Under the pieces are notes generated by a model. It searched no databases. It saw only the letters and a program-made list of their open reading frames with translations, and was not told the DNA's origin. Shown piece by piece: positions 51,493-61,564 of a DNA stretch of 64,000 bases. Both the position numbers and the translations under genes were made by a program. This stretch comes from a virus (taxonomy: Duplodnaviria; Caudoviricetes), in the IMG/VR virus record IMGVR_UViG_3300035498_000956; one strand, given 5' to 3'. The first letter of the stretch is position 1, and the number at the start of each line of letters is the position of its first letter.

Positions 51493-51542
51493 GCCTTTAA
51501 CAATTAAATAAATACTATATTATTTTTTAGGAGGAATCTTTT

Positions 51543-51645
51543 ATGGGAGAAAACGGACTATCAGTTGCTGATGCTTTAGCATTACAGAACAAGAATGGTA
51601 CACAAAACACAGACGGTACTTTTGGTGGAGCAAATGGTGCATGGT
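51543..51645 (+). CDS. Cys/Gln/Asn-rich membrane-anchored protein, exon 1 (spliced: 51543-51645 + 52406-53316, 337 aa)
   Basis: AGGAGG RBS; MGENGLSVADALAL...GGANGAW-T; not present in the ORF track. Confidence 0.8.
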
Positions 51646-51811
51646 AGAAACCTGCCACTTTATAAGGTGACTTATATCGAATAATCGCGGAATTAAGCGG
51701 GAAGGCTGAAATGCTAATCCGAACCGAAGGCTTAATAGAATTAAGTCAGGGACAACGCATAGGAGTTGAAAAGATATAACACTCCCACGAGGCCGCGACA
51801 CTATTTAATTA

Positions 51812-51840
51812 TTGACTCCTTAATAAAAATATGTTATAAT
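51812..51840 (+). promoter_or_regulatory. Intron-internal sigmaA promoter for the HNH gene
   Basis: TTGACT, 17 bp, TG-t-TATAAT. Confidence 0.8.
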
Positions 51841-51865
51841 AAAAATAAAAAAAGGAGTGGATTCT

Positions 51866-52324
51866 ATGTCACAAAAATCAATGACAATGGATGAATATAT
51901 TATTACTAAGACTGGAGAAGTTATAAATAGTAGGAACAATCACATCTTAAAACCTCAACCAAATAGTAAAGGATATTTAAGAGTTAATCTTTGTGGTAAG
52001 CGATATTTTATTCATAGATTAGTAGCTGAAAAATATATTCCAAATCCAGAGAATAAGGAACAGGTAAATCATAAGGATGGTAATAAAAATAATAATTCAG
52101 TAGAAAATTTAGAATGGGTAACAAATCAAGAAAATAGAGATCATGCAATAAAAAATAAGTTACATTTACAAGGAGAAGATTGTCCTTGGTCTAAATTAAA
52201 TCAAATGCAAGTTGATTATATTAGAGCTGATAATACACATTCTAGTCGAGAATTGGCTGATTTATATAATGTTTCAATTCATACCATTAATGATATTAAA
52301 AATTATAAGACATGGAAAAATTAA
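51866..52324 (+). CDS. Intron-encoded HNH endonuclease with C-terminal HTH
   Basis: IHRLVAEKY...VNHKDGNKNNNSVENLEW; AAGGAG RBS. Confidence 0.9.
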   Translation: MSQKSMTMDEYIITKTGEVINSRNNHILKPQPNSKGYLRVNLCGKRYFIHRLVAEKYIPNPENKEQVNHKDGNKNNNSVENLEWVTNQENRDHAIKNKLHLQGEDCPWSKLNQMQVDYIRADNTHSSRELADLYNVSIHTINDIKNYKTWKN

Positions 52325-52405
52325 ATAGTTGAAAAGTTATGCTGAACTATTACGAATAGAAAGTAATAGAAATATAAGATAAAAAACTTATATGATAACA
52401 ATTTG

Positions 52406-53316
52406 GGGTCATCATTTTAATCCTATTCTTTGCTTTTGCAGGTTGGGGCGGCAATCGCAACAATAACGGAGGTAACGAAGGTACTAACACAGTAGTTATT
52501 CCAGCTAATTTAGGCGGCAACAATGGATATAATGCTTGTTGCACTCCAGCTACACAGCAAGGAGTAACTGATGCTTTTAACTTTAATAACCTACAAAATG
52601 GTGTTAGAGGAGTTCAAAATGGTCTTTGCCAAGGTTTCTATACAACAAGTAATGAAATCGCTGGTCTAGGATCACAAATGCAGAATGGTTTTTATAATAA
52701 TGAAGTATCAAATGTAAGAGGTCAGTTTGATATTCAAAATGCTATTAACCAAAATTCCGATTCACTACAAATGTCAATTAATCAAGGTGTTAACGGAATC
52801 CAAAGCACTTTAAATCAAGGTTTCAATTGCACTCAAAACGCAATGAATCAAGGCTTTAACGGAGTACAAAGTGCACTAGCACAAACTAACTATAATATGA
52901 AAGATTGCTGTTGTGAAACAAGAGAATCCATAATGCAATCCAACTTTAACAATCAAACATCATTTAATGGTATCCAAAATACAATGCAACAAGGATTCTG
53001 CGGCGTACAGAACGGACAGGAAAATCTAAAGTATGCTCTAGCTCAATCCACTTGTGACATAATCTCAAATGCAGATAAAAATACTGATAGAATCATCAAC
53101 CATCTAGTTCAATCTGAGATGGATGCTCTAAGGAATCAATTACAATCTGCTAATTTCCAACTATCACAGCAAGCTCAAACTAGCAATATAATTAATCAAC
53201 TACAACCTGTTGCACGCCCAGCTTATTTGGTTCAAAGTCCTTATATGTCTGCCCCTCTAGGTGGATTTGGCGGCAACGGTACATTCAATAATAACAATAG
53301 TTGCGGTTGTTGTTAA
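52406..53316 (+). CDS. Cys/Gln/Asn-rich membrane-anchored protein, exon 2
   Basis: Frame is open from 52408: VIILILFFAFAGWGG hydrophobic segment, QGF repeats, DCCCETR, C-terminal SCGCC. Confidence 0.8.
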
Positions 53317-53329
53317 GGAGGGATGACGT

Positions 53330-53761
53330 ATGAGTTGTCCTACAGCAAAATGTCTTTGTGAGCATTTAATAATTTCACAAAGTGTAACGTTTTCTAATGG
53401 AACATTAATCATCAATATACCTAGTGGTAATTATGAGAATGATGAAAAATATTGTATAATAGTAGCACAATCAATTCCTACAACTACAACTATCGCGGCG
53501 AATGTTGTGATCACTATTGGTACAGGTACAACTCAATATCCACTAGTCAATAGTAACTGTACAAATGTAAATGCTTATGAAATTCAATCTAGAACACGTT
53601 ACTCTACAGTAGTTCATACAAATATCCAAAGTGGAGTATTCCAGCTTACTGGACCAGTTTGTAGAAATTCTTCTTCCTCTTGTTCTAGCATTTTATCTTT
53701 ACCTATTGCTGCCGCGAAAAGTACGGCAGAAACAAATACTGAAAATACAGAGGAGGAATAA
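53330..53761 (+). CDS. Cys/Thr-rich beta-strand hypothetical protein
   Basis: GGAGG RBS; MSCPTAKCLC N-terminus. Confidence 0.7.
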   Translation: MSCPTAKCLCEHLIISQSVTFSNGTLIINIPSGNYENDEKYCIIVAQSIPTTTTIAANVVITIGTGTTQYPLVNSNCTNVNAYEIQSRTRYSTVVHTNIQSGVFQLTGPVCRNSSSSCSSILSLPIAAAKSTAETNTENTEEE

Positions 53762-53764
53762 TTT

Positions 53765-54208
53765 ATGGAACAGTTATTGAAAAAAGTAGAAAAAGAACTC
53801 CATACTATTGGAGAAAAAGGAATTACAAACGCAAATCTTGATGCAACTTTTAAGCTAATAGATATTTATAAAGATATTAAAGAGAGTTGTTATTATGATT
53901 ATAAGACTAAAAAAGGAGAGGAAATGACTTACTCTGTTGATGAACAAGCAGGTACTTGGGAAGCAAGTGGCTCATATGGAACAAGAGAAACAAGTCCACT
54001 CCATAGTCGTATGCATAAATACACTACAAAAATAAAAAATGGCGTAGATGAATATCTTAGCGGCGAAAATCAAGAGGATAAAATTGCAGGCATTAGTGTA
54101 GTTATGGAAACTATTTGTTCATTTGTTGAGGAACTTTATGACTATGCTAGTACAGATAAAGAGAAAGAAGTTATTAAAAAACACATCCACATGATGAAAA
54201 ATTGGTAA
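53765..54208 (+). CDS. Hypothetical helical protein
   Basis: GGAGG RBS; last gene of the accessory operon. Confidence 0.7.
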   Translation: MEQLLKKVEKELHTIGEKGITNANLDATFKLIDIYKDIKESCYYDYKTKKGEEMTYSVDEQAGTWEASGSYGTRETSPLHSRMHKYTTKIKNGVDEYLSGENQEDKIAGISVVMETICSFVEELYDYASTDKEKEVIKKHIHMMKNW

Positions 54209-54212
54209 AATA

Positions 54213-54243
54213 AAAAGGAGTAGATTTTTAATCTACTCCTTTT
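54213..54243. terminator. Bidirectional terminator between convergent transcription units
   Basis: AAAAGGAGTAGATT-TTT-AATCTACTCCTTTT. Confidence 0.9.
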
Positions 54244-54245
54244 CT

Positions 54246-54971
54246 TTATATAAATTCAACCATTTGGCTTTGAGATTGAACATAATCAACATATCGTCCA
54301 ATTAAAATTGCGTCTGCTTCATCATTAGTAACGTTAATATCAAATAAAGTCTTAACCTTAATTTGTGCATTTTTCTTTTGATCTGAACGTGAGCGTCCTT
54401 TAATTTGATTGTAATTTCTCCATGTCCCAGGCGGCACAACAGAGAATGGGATTCCTTTCTCATAGGTATAATTAATCAAAACACCTTGTAATGAGGCTAA
54501 TTTTTTATAAGTAGTAACACTTTCATTTCTACCACTCTCTAATTGTTGCAATTGAATATCCTCAAAAGCAACTATATCTGGATGCCAATTTTCAATCATT
54601 GAAGCCACCCACTGTTTCGTTTTACTAACTCGTTCCGTATGATTATTTCCTTCCGATTGCCATTTTCCGTACTTTATGAGATGGCCTGAATCATACACAC
54701 TCCATCCACTAGTAATTGTTGCTTGATCAAAAGCTAATACTCTAAAACCTGTTTTTTTAACGGGGCGGCAATCTACGCTAAAATGAGGATTCTGTGAGCA
54801 GAGCGGACAGATTGGTTTTCTTCTCCATTTATCAAGAGATAGGAACACAGAATGATCATTAGGGCATTTAAATTCCATCTCACTTTTTAGGTTCAAATAA
54901 GTGGTTGAGATTAAATCCCAACCACTACTTACTACCTCCTGTTTTACATCATCATATTTTAATTTACTCAT
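54246..54971 (-). CDS. ruvC: RuvC-like Holliday junction resolvase with N-terminal zinc ribbon
   Basis: VLAFDQAT..SGW, AFED and NDEADA acidic motifs; C..H...CxxC N-domain. Confidence 0.75.
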   Translation of the reverse strand: MSKLKYDDVKQEVVSSGWDLISTTYLNLKSEMEFKCPNDHSVFLSLDKWRRKPICPLCSQNPHFSVDCRPVKKTGFRVLAFDQATITSGWSVYDSGHLIKYGKWQSEGNNHTERVSKTKQWVASMIENWHPDIVAFEDIQLQQLESGRNESVTTYKKLASLQGVLINYTYEKGIPFSVVPPGTWRNYNQIKGRSRSDQKKNAQIKVKTLFDINVTNDEADAILIGRYVDYVQSQSQMVEFI

Positions 54972-55744
54972 TATTTACCACTAGAACCAAAGCCGCCTTC
55001 TCCTCTATTTGTATCATCTAATTCATTTACTTCAATGAAATTAGCGATTGGAACTTCGTTTAGTACTAGTTGAGCAATTCTATCGCCTTTATTAATTGTA
55101 TAATCTTCAGAACCAATATTATCAAAAATAACACCAATTTCGCCGCGATAATTGCTATCAATAGTACCAACACCATTAGCAATTCTCAACTTTGTTTTAG
55201 CCGCCATACCGCTTCTGCTTCTTACTTGAATTTCATAACCAATAGGAATAGCAACCTTTAAACCAGTAGGAACAATCACTGTTTCGCCCGCTGGAATAGT
55301 AACTTCACTTGGTGCATAAACGTCCATACCAGCATCTCCATCATGAGCATAAGTTGGAATTACTGCGTCTGGATTACTCTTAACAATTTGTATATCAATT
55401 CTCTTTGATGGATTTTGCATATAGTCTAATGCTTGTGCAGAAGATGATTGTACAATGTATATGAGCAATTCTTTCTTTAGGTCAGAAAGACTATCATCAC
55501 CATTAATCTCATCAAGAATTGTATCAATACCTTTTTGCTCATTTTCTATTGAACTATGAGGAGTAATTATAATTTGTTGTCTTAATGATTCTTTAAATTC
55601 AACTGAATTAAAAGTTTCTGCAAATATATTCTTTATAGATGGATAACTTATCTCAAACTGTTTATCATCTAGCTCTATAAGCTTAACAAAATCATCTCCA
55701 CCATTACCTAATGCTACTAAAAATTCTCTTAAATTATCAGTCAT
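54971..55744 (-). CDS. dut: Trimeric dUTPase with an N-terminal extension of about 110 aa
   Basis: AGMD, RSG, GTIDSNYRGEI, GDRIAQ and RGEGGFGSSG motifs. Confidence 0.95.
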   Translation of the reverse strand: MTDNLREFLVALGNGGDDFVKLIELDDKQFEISYPSIKNIFAETFNSVEFKESLRQQIIITPHSSIENEQKGIDTILDEINGDDSLSDLKKELLIYIVQSSSAQALDYMQNPSKRIDIQIVKSNPDAVIPTYAHDGDAGMDVYAPSEVTIPAGETVIVPTGLKVAIPIGYEIQVRSRSGMAAKTKLRIANGVGTIDSNYRGEIGVIFDNIGSEDYTINKGDRIAQLVLNEVPIANFIEVNELDDTNRGEGGFGSSGK

Positions 55745-55758
55745 ATTTTAATCCTCCA

Positions 55759-56490
55759 TTATATTAAACTTGTTGCAATTTCATCTATAATGCCATATTG
55801 AATGGCTTCTTCAGCCGTAAACCAATAGTCATCTTTACGAATCTTATCATAAAACTCTTCATCTATCTTTGTCTTATTTAGAACGTGCTTACGAATTTTC
55901 TTTAATAGAATCTTATAATGTTCTCCATGTTCATTAAATTTATGAGCGTCTCCTTCATATGTGCAAGAACCCTCATGGAATAAGAAAGATGAATGTGGAA
56001 AAGCATAACGTTTATGGCCGCTAATGCCAATAAAAAATCCACCACTAAATCCATTTCCTATTGTTATAGTGTGTACAGGAGTTTTAGATAATCCAATTGT
56101 ATCTATAATTGATAGTGTTGCATATAAATCGCCGCCAGGGGTATCAATATAAATCTTAATTGGGATTCTATCTGCCACTGGTATCTCATCCATTTCATCA
56201 GCTAAGTTCCAAAATTTAATTGAATTAAATATTAGTGTAGCGTGTTCTGGTGTAATTTCTTGATTTAAATATAGACATCTTTCTAAGAAATCAACTGCTT
56301 CATAAGCTTTTTCTGTATCTTGTAATTTTTCATTTGATAAAATCTCATCTAAAAATCCACCCAATTGAGGAATTTCTTCTTCAGCAATTTCATCATAAAT
56401 TTCAGCAATTTGATTTAAAATTACTTCAAGTGGCTTTAGTTTACCATTATCATCTAAAAAATTAATTTCATTCATTACTTCATTACTCAT
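55759..56490 (-). CDS. clpP: ClpP-like protease subunit
   Basis: IYIDTPGG, FSGG (Ser), FHEG (His), DYWFTAEEAIQYGIIDEI (Asp); GGAGG RBS gives start 56490. Confidence 0.85.
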   Translation of the reverse strand: MSNEVMNEINFLDDNGKLKPLEVILNQIAEIYDEIAEEEIPQLGGFLDEILSNEKLQDTEKAYEAVDFLERCLYLNQEITPEHATLIFNSIKFWNLADEMDEIPVADRIPIKIYIDTPGGDLYATLSIIDTIGLSKTPVHTITIGNGFSGGFFIGISGHKRYAFPHSSFLFHEGSCTYEGDAHKFNEHGEHYKILLKKIRKHVLNKTKIDEEFYDKIRKDDYWFTAEEAIQYGIIDEIATSLI

Positions 56491-56683
56491 TTGTTTCCTC
56501 CTTTTGACAATACTCACATTTTCCATTTTTATAACTATGTGGGCAGCCATTTCTAATTATATTTAATTGAGTTGTTAATTGTTCAATCTTAGGTTGATAA
56601 GTAAAAGTTCCTCCATGAACTAAATTATTTAACTCATTTATTATATCCTTCACTTGAGTTTGAATTTCAAAGGTTGTTAACAT
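56483..56683 (-). CDS. Small protein with C-terminal CxH...CxxC zinc motif
   Basis: GGAGG RBS; CPHSYKNGKCEYC. Confidence 0.65.
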   Translation of the reverse strand: MLTTFEIQTQVKDIINELNNLVHGGTFTYQPKIEQLTTQLNIIRNGCPHSYKNGKCEYCQKEETNE

Positions 56684-56694
56684 TTAAATACCTC

Positions 56695-57621
56695 CTATCT
56701 ATATGGATTTGATTTTAATAATAATCTAATATCTTTTTTGTCTTGTAAAATTTTTTCAATGAAATTATACTCCTTATTATTATTTTCATAAAATTTATAA
56801 AATGAAACTTTTTCTTTTGATAAGAACCAATCCCATATTAATTTTATAAATTTCATTTCATTATTTGGTGGTTGATAAATTTTTTCATATCTAAGAGTTT
56901 TATTATTTTTAATACTATAGTAGATATTATTAACATATTGATTAAGAAAAGTAATAAAATCTTTTTGTGTAAAATCAGGGTATGAAAAAATTAATCTATC
57001 TAAATCGATAAATTCCTTAAAGAACTCATCAGTATAATCAAATTCAACTACGATGTTGTTTCTATTAGCAGTTGCTATTGAATACCATTGTAAAAATGTT
57101 TCTAAATCTTTCGCCGCGGTTCTATGTAAGAAAATTAAATTATGATGTGTTTTTAATTCTTGACATAAATCCCAGCCATTTACATATAATGGATTGATAT
57201 CTACAATATAAATACTCCTTTTGCTTTCTTTATATCCAGTCAAATCTTGATTTTCTAATCTTATTATACCATGTTTTTCAACTTTAGTCAATATCTTCGG
57301 CGGCTTATTAAGTAGAGAATAAACTAGATAATTAGGTGAATATGGTTGATATTCAATAGGTAATGGTTGAAAAGCTTTTATGATACCTTGCCCATATGTT
57401 ATTACGTTATCTTGCGCCAAAATCGTTTTTTGAAATTTTGTATTAAAATAATTTTTAAAGTACCATATTTGATTATATCTACCTAGCTCTTCCTTTTCAG
57501 GATATTGAATCAGTTTTACTATATCTCCTTTTGAGTGATGAAAGTTAAAAACTTTCATCATCTCAAGGTTTGGGACATAATTTGGATATGATAAATCTTG
57601 GTCATATAAACCTACTACCAT
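56695..57621 (-). CDS. Hypothetical protein
   Basis: Translationally coupled to dnaE; N-terminal GLYD...PNLEMMK. Confidence 0.6.
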   Translation of the reverse strand: MVVGLYDQDLSYPNYVPNLEMMKVFNFHHSKGDIVKLIQYPEKEELGRYNQIWYFKNYFNTKFQKTILAQDNVITYGQGIIKAFQPLPIEYQPYSPNYLVYSLLNKPPKILTKVEKHGIIRLENQDLTGYKESKRSIYIVDINPLYVNGWDLCQELKTHHNLIFLHRTAAKDLETFLQWYSIATANRNNIVVEFDYTDEFFKEFIDLDRLIFSYPDFTQKDFITFLNQYVNNIYYSIKNNKTLRYEKIYQPPNNEMKFIKLIWDWFLSKEKVSFYKFYENNNKEYNFIEKILQDKKDIRLLLKSNPYR

Positions 57622-60600
57622 TATAAATCCTCCTCTTCAATTCTTTCTGTTGATGATTGAATGATAATTCCTTTTTCGCTTAGCTCATCTATCTTTTCAA
57701 ATAATGGATATTCAGTGTTTTTATATTTTTTAGGAATGAAATCATCTCCTCTTCTAATACCAGTTATAATTAACTTAGTTCCTCTTGTAAACCATGATTT
57801 TTCAATTACGTGTTTTACTCCTTCGCTATCTCTTTGAGATATTTGTTTATCCCATTGTGCAAATTGATTTTTCCAAACTTTTACTGTAACAACACCAGTA
57901 GTTGTTAATAATGTAACTGAACTTTTATTTTTATCTTTATCGATAACTGTTCCAGCTATACGTACAATTTTATATAATGTAATGACATCACCATTTTTAT
58001 TTTGAATTTTTGTTTCAACTATTGGACTTTCAGGTAATTTGTTAAAATTAACTACATGATATAAACCATTCTGTAATGAATCTAGTTCATGAGCATGATA
58101 GTAGAATCCTAAGCTATCCATTTCCCACTTTGAAATTGATCCCTCTGTATATTTTTCTGCTACGTCATTTAATAATGATTGATTTAAATCATTCAATATT
58201 TGCTCTTGATTGGCTTTCATCCACACTCTTACTTTTTCCATTCCTCTTTTATATATTCCATCCCATATTGATTGTTTTATATAAGCTGTTTGAACATTAT
58301 TTTCAACTGTTAATTGCTCAAGTAAATTAATGTCATAATTTTCAGAGAAAAATCTCATAGCATTATTATCTAATTTATAATAATCATCATGTTTTGATTT
58401 TTTAATATATTTATTGAAGTTAAATAATCTTCTTTCAAAATCTAATTCTTGAGGAATCATATTTTTTGCAATCAACATTTGCATATTCTGCAATGTAATT
58501 CTTTTCTTTTTATCTGCAATTAATTCTAAATACATATCCATGATTTCATTACGATTTTGATTTTTATAAAGCTCATCAAAAACTCCCGCTTTTATCAGAC
58601 TAATCATTTGAACTTTATTAATTTTAACTTTCTCAAGAAAATCTTCTATTGAATCAAAAGGACGATTGTTAAATATATCTAATACCAATTGAGTGCCAAT
58701 TCTATTAATACCTTTCATTCCATAGATAATTGCATTTCTGTCTTTATCTGGTTTAAAAATTAAATCTGATTTATTAATATCAGGAGGAAGAACATTAATA
58801 TTCTTTGACTTTGATTCGCCAATCGCCGCACTAATTTTACCATAGTTAACTGATTTATTTTTCTTTTTATCATCTTCTTCATTTATATCATCTATTTCTA
58901 ATAAATCTGCACCGCCAGCATTAACAATTAAACAAGCACAATTCCAATATATTGATGGATAATTTGTTGCTAAATAAAGAGTTTGAATACCAACAAAACT
59001 ATAAGCGAGAGCATGAGGTTTTGCAAACGCATATGACATTTGTGGCATCATTACTGTATCCCATACATACTGACCCAAACATTCATTTGGACATTGTGTT
59101 AAGAATTTCTTTTTTAATTCAGGCACTTTTTTAATATCTTTTTTTGCAACTACTTTTCTTGCCATATTTGCTTCTGCTAATGTAAAGTGAGCAATATTTT
59201 CATCCATACATACTTCCATTAAATCCTCTTGGGAGGCTGGAACTCCATAATTTTCTAAATAATAAGGCTCTAATAATTTAATCTCGTCTTCGCTTAATCC
59301 TCGCTCTCTAACTTCTTTATACCATAAATCCATATTATTTCTTAATCTACAATATCTATCCAATGGACGTTCTTTATCTTTCTCTCCCATTAATCTCATT
59401 AATGCATTTGCTGATGTTAACTCTATAGGATTTCTTGGCTTAACTTGTTTTGCTGTTGCTAATCCAACACCAGTACTAAATTGGAACACATCTAATACTT
59501 CGCCGTTACCAAGCGCATCCCATAATCTTTGATCTTCTAAATCTAGAACGCTAGGATGAAGATATTGATTGTAGATTTGGCGCAAAGATTGATTATTTGG
59601 AATTACATTATCTTTCTGCATTAATTCTATACAAGTTGTAATCTTATCACAAATTTCTGTTACCAATATATCATATTTTACATCGCCCATTTTTTCTGCA
59701 TCATGTAATGAAAATTGAGTTGTTAAATCTCCGTTTGGACTTCTCATTAATGCACCAGTTTCATATGGGTTATTATTATACATGATAACACCACTTGCGT
59801 GTTGACCTCTTTTATTAACTAATCCTTCTATTGATTCTATTATATTTAATAGTCCAGGGTACTTATTTACTTCATTTACAAATGCTAAAATTGGTTTTCT
59901 ATCTTTTTCTTCATTTCCATAGACAACATCATGAATGCTCCATAAGAATCCTCTCTCTTGAGGAATTAATCCACTTAAATATTGAGTTGTTTCCACCTCT
60001 AATCCATTTGGATATATTTCTGAACGATAACCTCTTCCTGCCGCGGCGATTGCTGAACGAGTACCTTCTGTACCAAAAGTACAGACTTGTACTACGTTAA
60101 TTTCTCCACGTTCTTCTCTAATTGCTTCAAAAATCTTTTTTCTTTTACTTGGACTGACATCTGTATCAACGTCGGGCAATTCTAATCTTTCTTTATTTAA
60201 GAATCTCCATTCCTTTAATTTCCAAACAATAGGATCTAATTGCGTGATGCCTAAAAGATAGTTAGATAAGAAACAAACGCTTGAACCTCTTCCAGGCCCT
60301 ACGATTGAACCACATTCCCAAAATAAATCAATATAATGTTTATAAGTGTTAAAATATTTAAACAAAATATCATTTAATTTATCTCCTACTGTTTTGATTA
60401 TATCTGCTTCAATTTCTAAACGATTTAAATAAGTTTCATTATATAAACCTTTTTCATTTAATCCATTAATACATTCATTTAACCAATATCTTTCTTGTTC
60501 ATTATCACTTTGAGATAAATAAGTTAAAATTGGATATTGAGATAAATTAAAGTCTTTTTTAGGATAATTTATAACTGCAATCTCAGGAATAATTGAAGTA

Positions 60601-61538
60601 TGTTCTAATGAAAAATGTTCAATTTTATTATAAATTTCCATTGAATTATTACAAATCTCAACAAACTCATCAATAGAGAAAAAATCTTTTAAATTTTCAT
60701 AAGCCTCCTCATTATCCATCATGTGAGCATCTTTATAAAATTCATCTACTTCTCTTTCTCCTTCTTTAGAGTTTAAATATGCTTTATGAACTGGGCGCTC
60801 TTTAGATGTTAAATAATGTGCATCTGAGCCAATGATAATTTTACGTTTATAACATTGTGCAATACTTTTTATTCTACTATTAAAAATTCTTTGTTCTTTT
60901 GATGTTCCCGCGGCGATTTCAATGTAAAAATCGTCTTGAAATAAGTCAATATTCCAACGTATATACTCGTCAATTTCTTTCTTGTACTGAAGAATTAATT
61001 CTTTATCGTCTTGATTTTCAGCTTTAACTAATTTTAATACTCTATCGTCAAGAAAATTTCCTAAACAAGCACTGGATGCAATTAAACTGTGTGGATATTT
61101 TTTTAATATTTGTTCTAGTTCTTTCTTTTCTGTTGGTACTCTTGTCATACCACGAGATGAAAAACTATTATACCATGCTATTGAACTTAATTCTCTTAAT
61201 GCTCTATGCCCTTCTTTATTCTTTGCTATTAAAATATAGTGCCAATATTTTTCAATATTTGTTCTATCATCAACTAAATAAATCTCATTTCCACAAGCAC
61301 ATTTAAAATCTTGAGATATAATTCCGTCTTTTTTTAATTGTTCTTCTGCTTGTAACCATTTTAAATGACCACATAAGCATTCATGGTCAGTTAATGCTAA
61401 ACCTTTCATACCTAATTGATAAGCAGTTTTTATCATATCAGGGATTTTATTAATTGAATCAATTAAACGGATATTTGAATACTCACTATGGGAATGATTA
61501 TCAAATCTTGCGATTTCATTAAGACTATTCATATCCAT
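57621..61538 (-). CDS. dnaE: DNA polymerase III alpha subunit (DnaE-type)
   Basis: PHP domain HSHSEYS/TDH/SDAH, GPGRGS, PDVDTD, HASG, KYDIL, YAF.KPHA; OB-fold C-terminus; no intein seen. Confidence 0.95.
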   Translation of the reverse strand: MDMNSLNEIARFDNHSHSEYSNIRLIDSINKIPDMIKTAYQLGMKGLALTDHECLCGHLKWLQAEEQLKKDGIISQDFKCACGNEIYLVDDRTNIEKYWHYILIAKNKEGHRALRELSSIAWYNSFSSRGMTRVPTEKKELEQILKKYPHSLIASSACLGNFLDDRVLKLVKAENQDDKELILQYKKEIDEYIRWNIDLFQDDFYIEIAAGTSKEQRIFNSRIKSIAQCYKRKIIIGSDAHYLTSKERPVHKAYLNSKEGEREVDEFYKDAHMMDNEEAYENLKDFFSIDEFVEICNNSMEIYNKIEHFSLEHTSIIPEIAVINYPKKDFNLSQYPILTYLSQSDNEQERYWLNECINGLNEKGLYNETYLNRLEIEADIIKTVGDKLNDILFKYFNTYKHYIDLFWECGSIVGPGRGSSVCFLSNYLLGITQLDPIVWKLKEWRFLNKERLELPDVDTDVSPSKRKKIFEAIREERGEINVVQVCTFGTEGTRSAIAAAGRGYRSEIYPNGLEVETTQYLSGLIPQERGFLWSIHDVVYGNEEKDRKPILAFVNEVNKYPGLLNIIESIEGLVNKRGQHASGVIMYNNNPYETGALMRSPNGDLTTQFSLHDAEKMGDVKYDILVTEICDKITTCIELMQKDNVIPNNQSLRQIYNQYLHPSVLDLEDQRLWDALGNGEVLDVFQFSTGVGLATAKQVKPRNPIELTSANALMRLMGEKDKERPLDRYCRLRNNMDLWYKEVRERGLSEDEIKLLEPYYLENYGVPASQEDLMEVCMDENIAHFTLAEANMARKVVAKKDIKKVPELKKKFLTQCPNECLGQYVWDTVMMPQMSYAFAKPHALAYSFVGIQTLYLATNYPSIYWNCACLIVNAGGADLLEIDDINEEDDKKKNKSVNYGKISAAIGESKSKNINVLPPDINKSDLIFKPDKDRNAIIYGMKGINRIGTQLVLDIFNNRPFDSIEDFLEKVKINKVQMISLIKAGVFDELYKNQNRNEIMDMYLELIADKKKRITLQNMQMLIAKNMIPQELDFERRLFNFNKYIKKSKHDDYYKLDNNAMRFFSENYDINLLEQLTVENNVQTAYIKQSIWDGIYKRGMEKVRVWMKANQEQILNDLNQSLLNDVAEKYTEGSISKWEMDSLGFYYHAHELDSLQNGLYHVVNFNKLPESPIVETKIQNKNGDVITLYKIVRIAGTVIDKDKNKSSVTLLTTTGVVTVKVWKNQFAQWDKQISQRDSEGVKHVIEKSWFTRGTKLIITGIRRGDDFIPKKYKNTEYPLFEKIDELSEKGIIIQSSTERIEEEDL

Positions 61539-61564
61539 CCTCCATTTCTTTATTTACTATAAAT

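Larger units (their letters stand above)
51646..52405 (+). mobile_element. Group I intron with an HNH gene in the P8 loop
   Basis: P1 UGGU/GCCA, P10 ACCU/GGGU, P3 CGCGG/CCGCG, P7 GCATA/TATGC; terminal G52405; splicing creates a TGG codon (AWWVII). Confidence 0.85.

Noticed and set aside
4985-53316. Stop-codon reassignment or pseudogenes explaining the fragmented terL, TMP and 51543 genes
   Set aside because: Group I intron cores and exact frame restoration explain every break, and TAG and TAA end many intact genes normally.
43209-54208. Diversity-generating retroelement, invertase shufflon or lysis cassette near the tail genes
   Set aside because: No reverse transcriptase, recombinase, TR/VR pair, holin or endolysin motifs were recognised in this window.
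57621-61538. Intein or intron in dnaE
   Set aside because: The ORF is continuous at about 1300 aa with normally spaced motifs.
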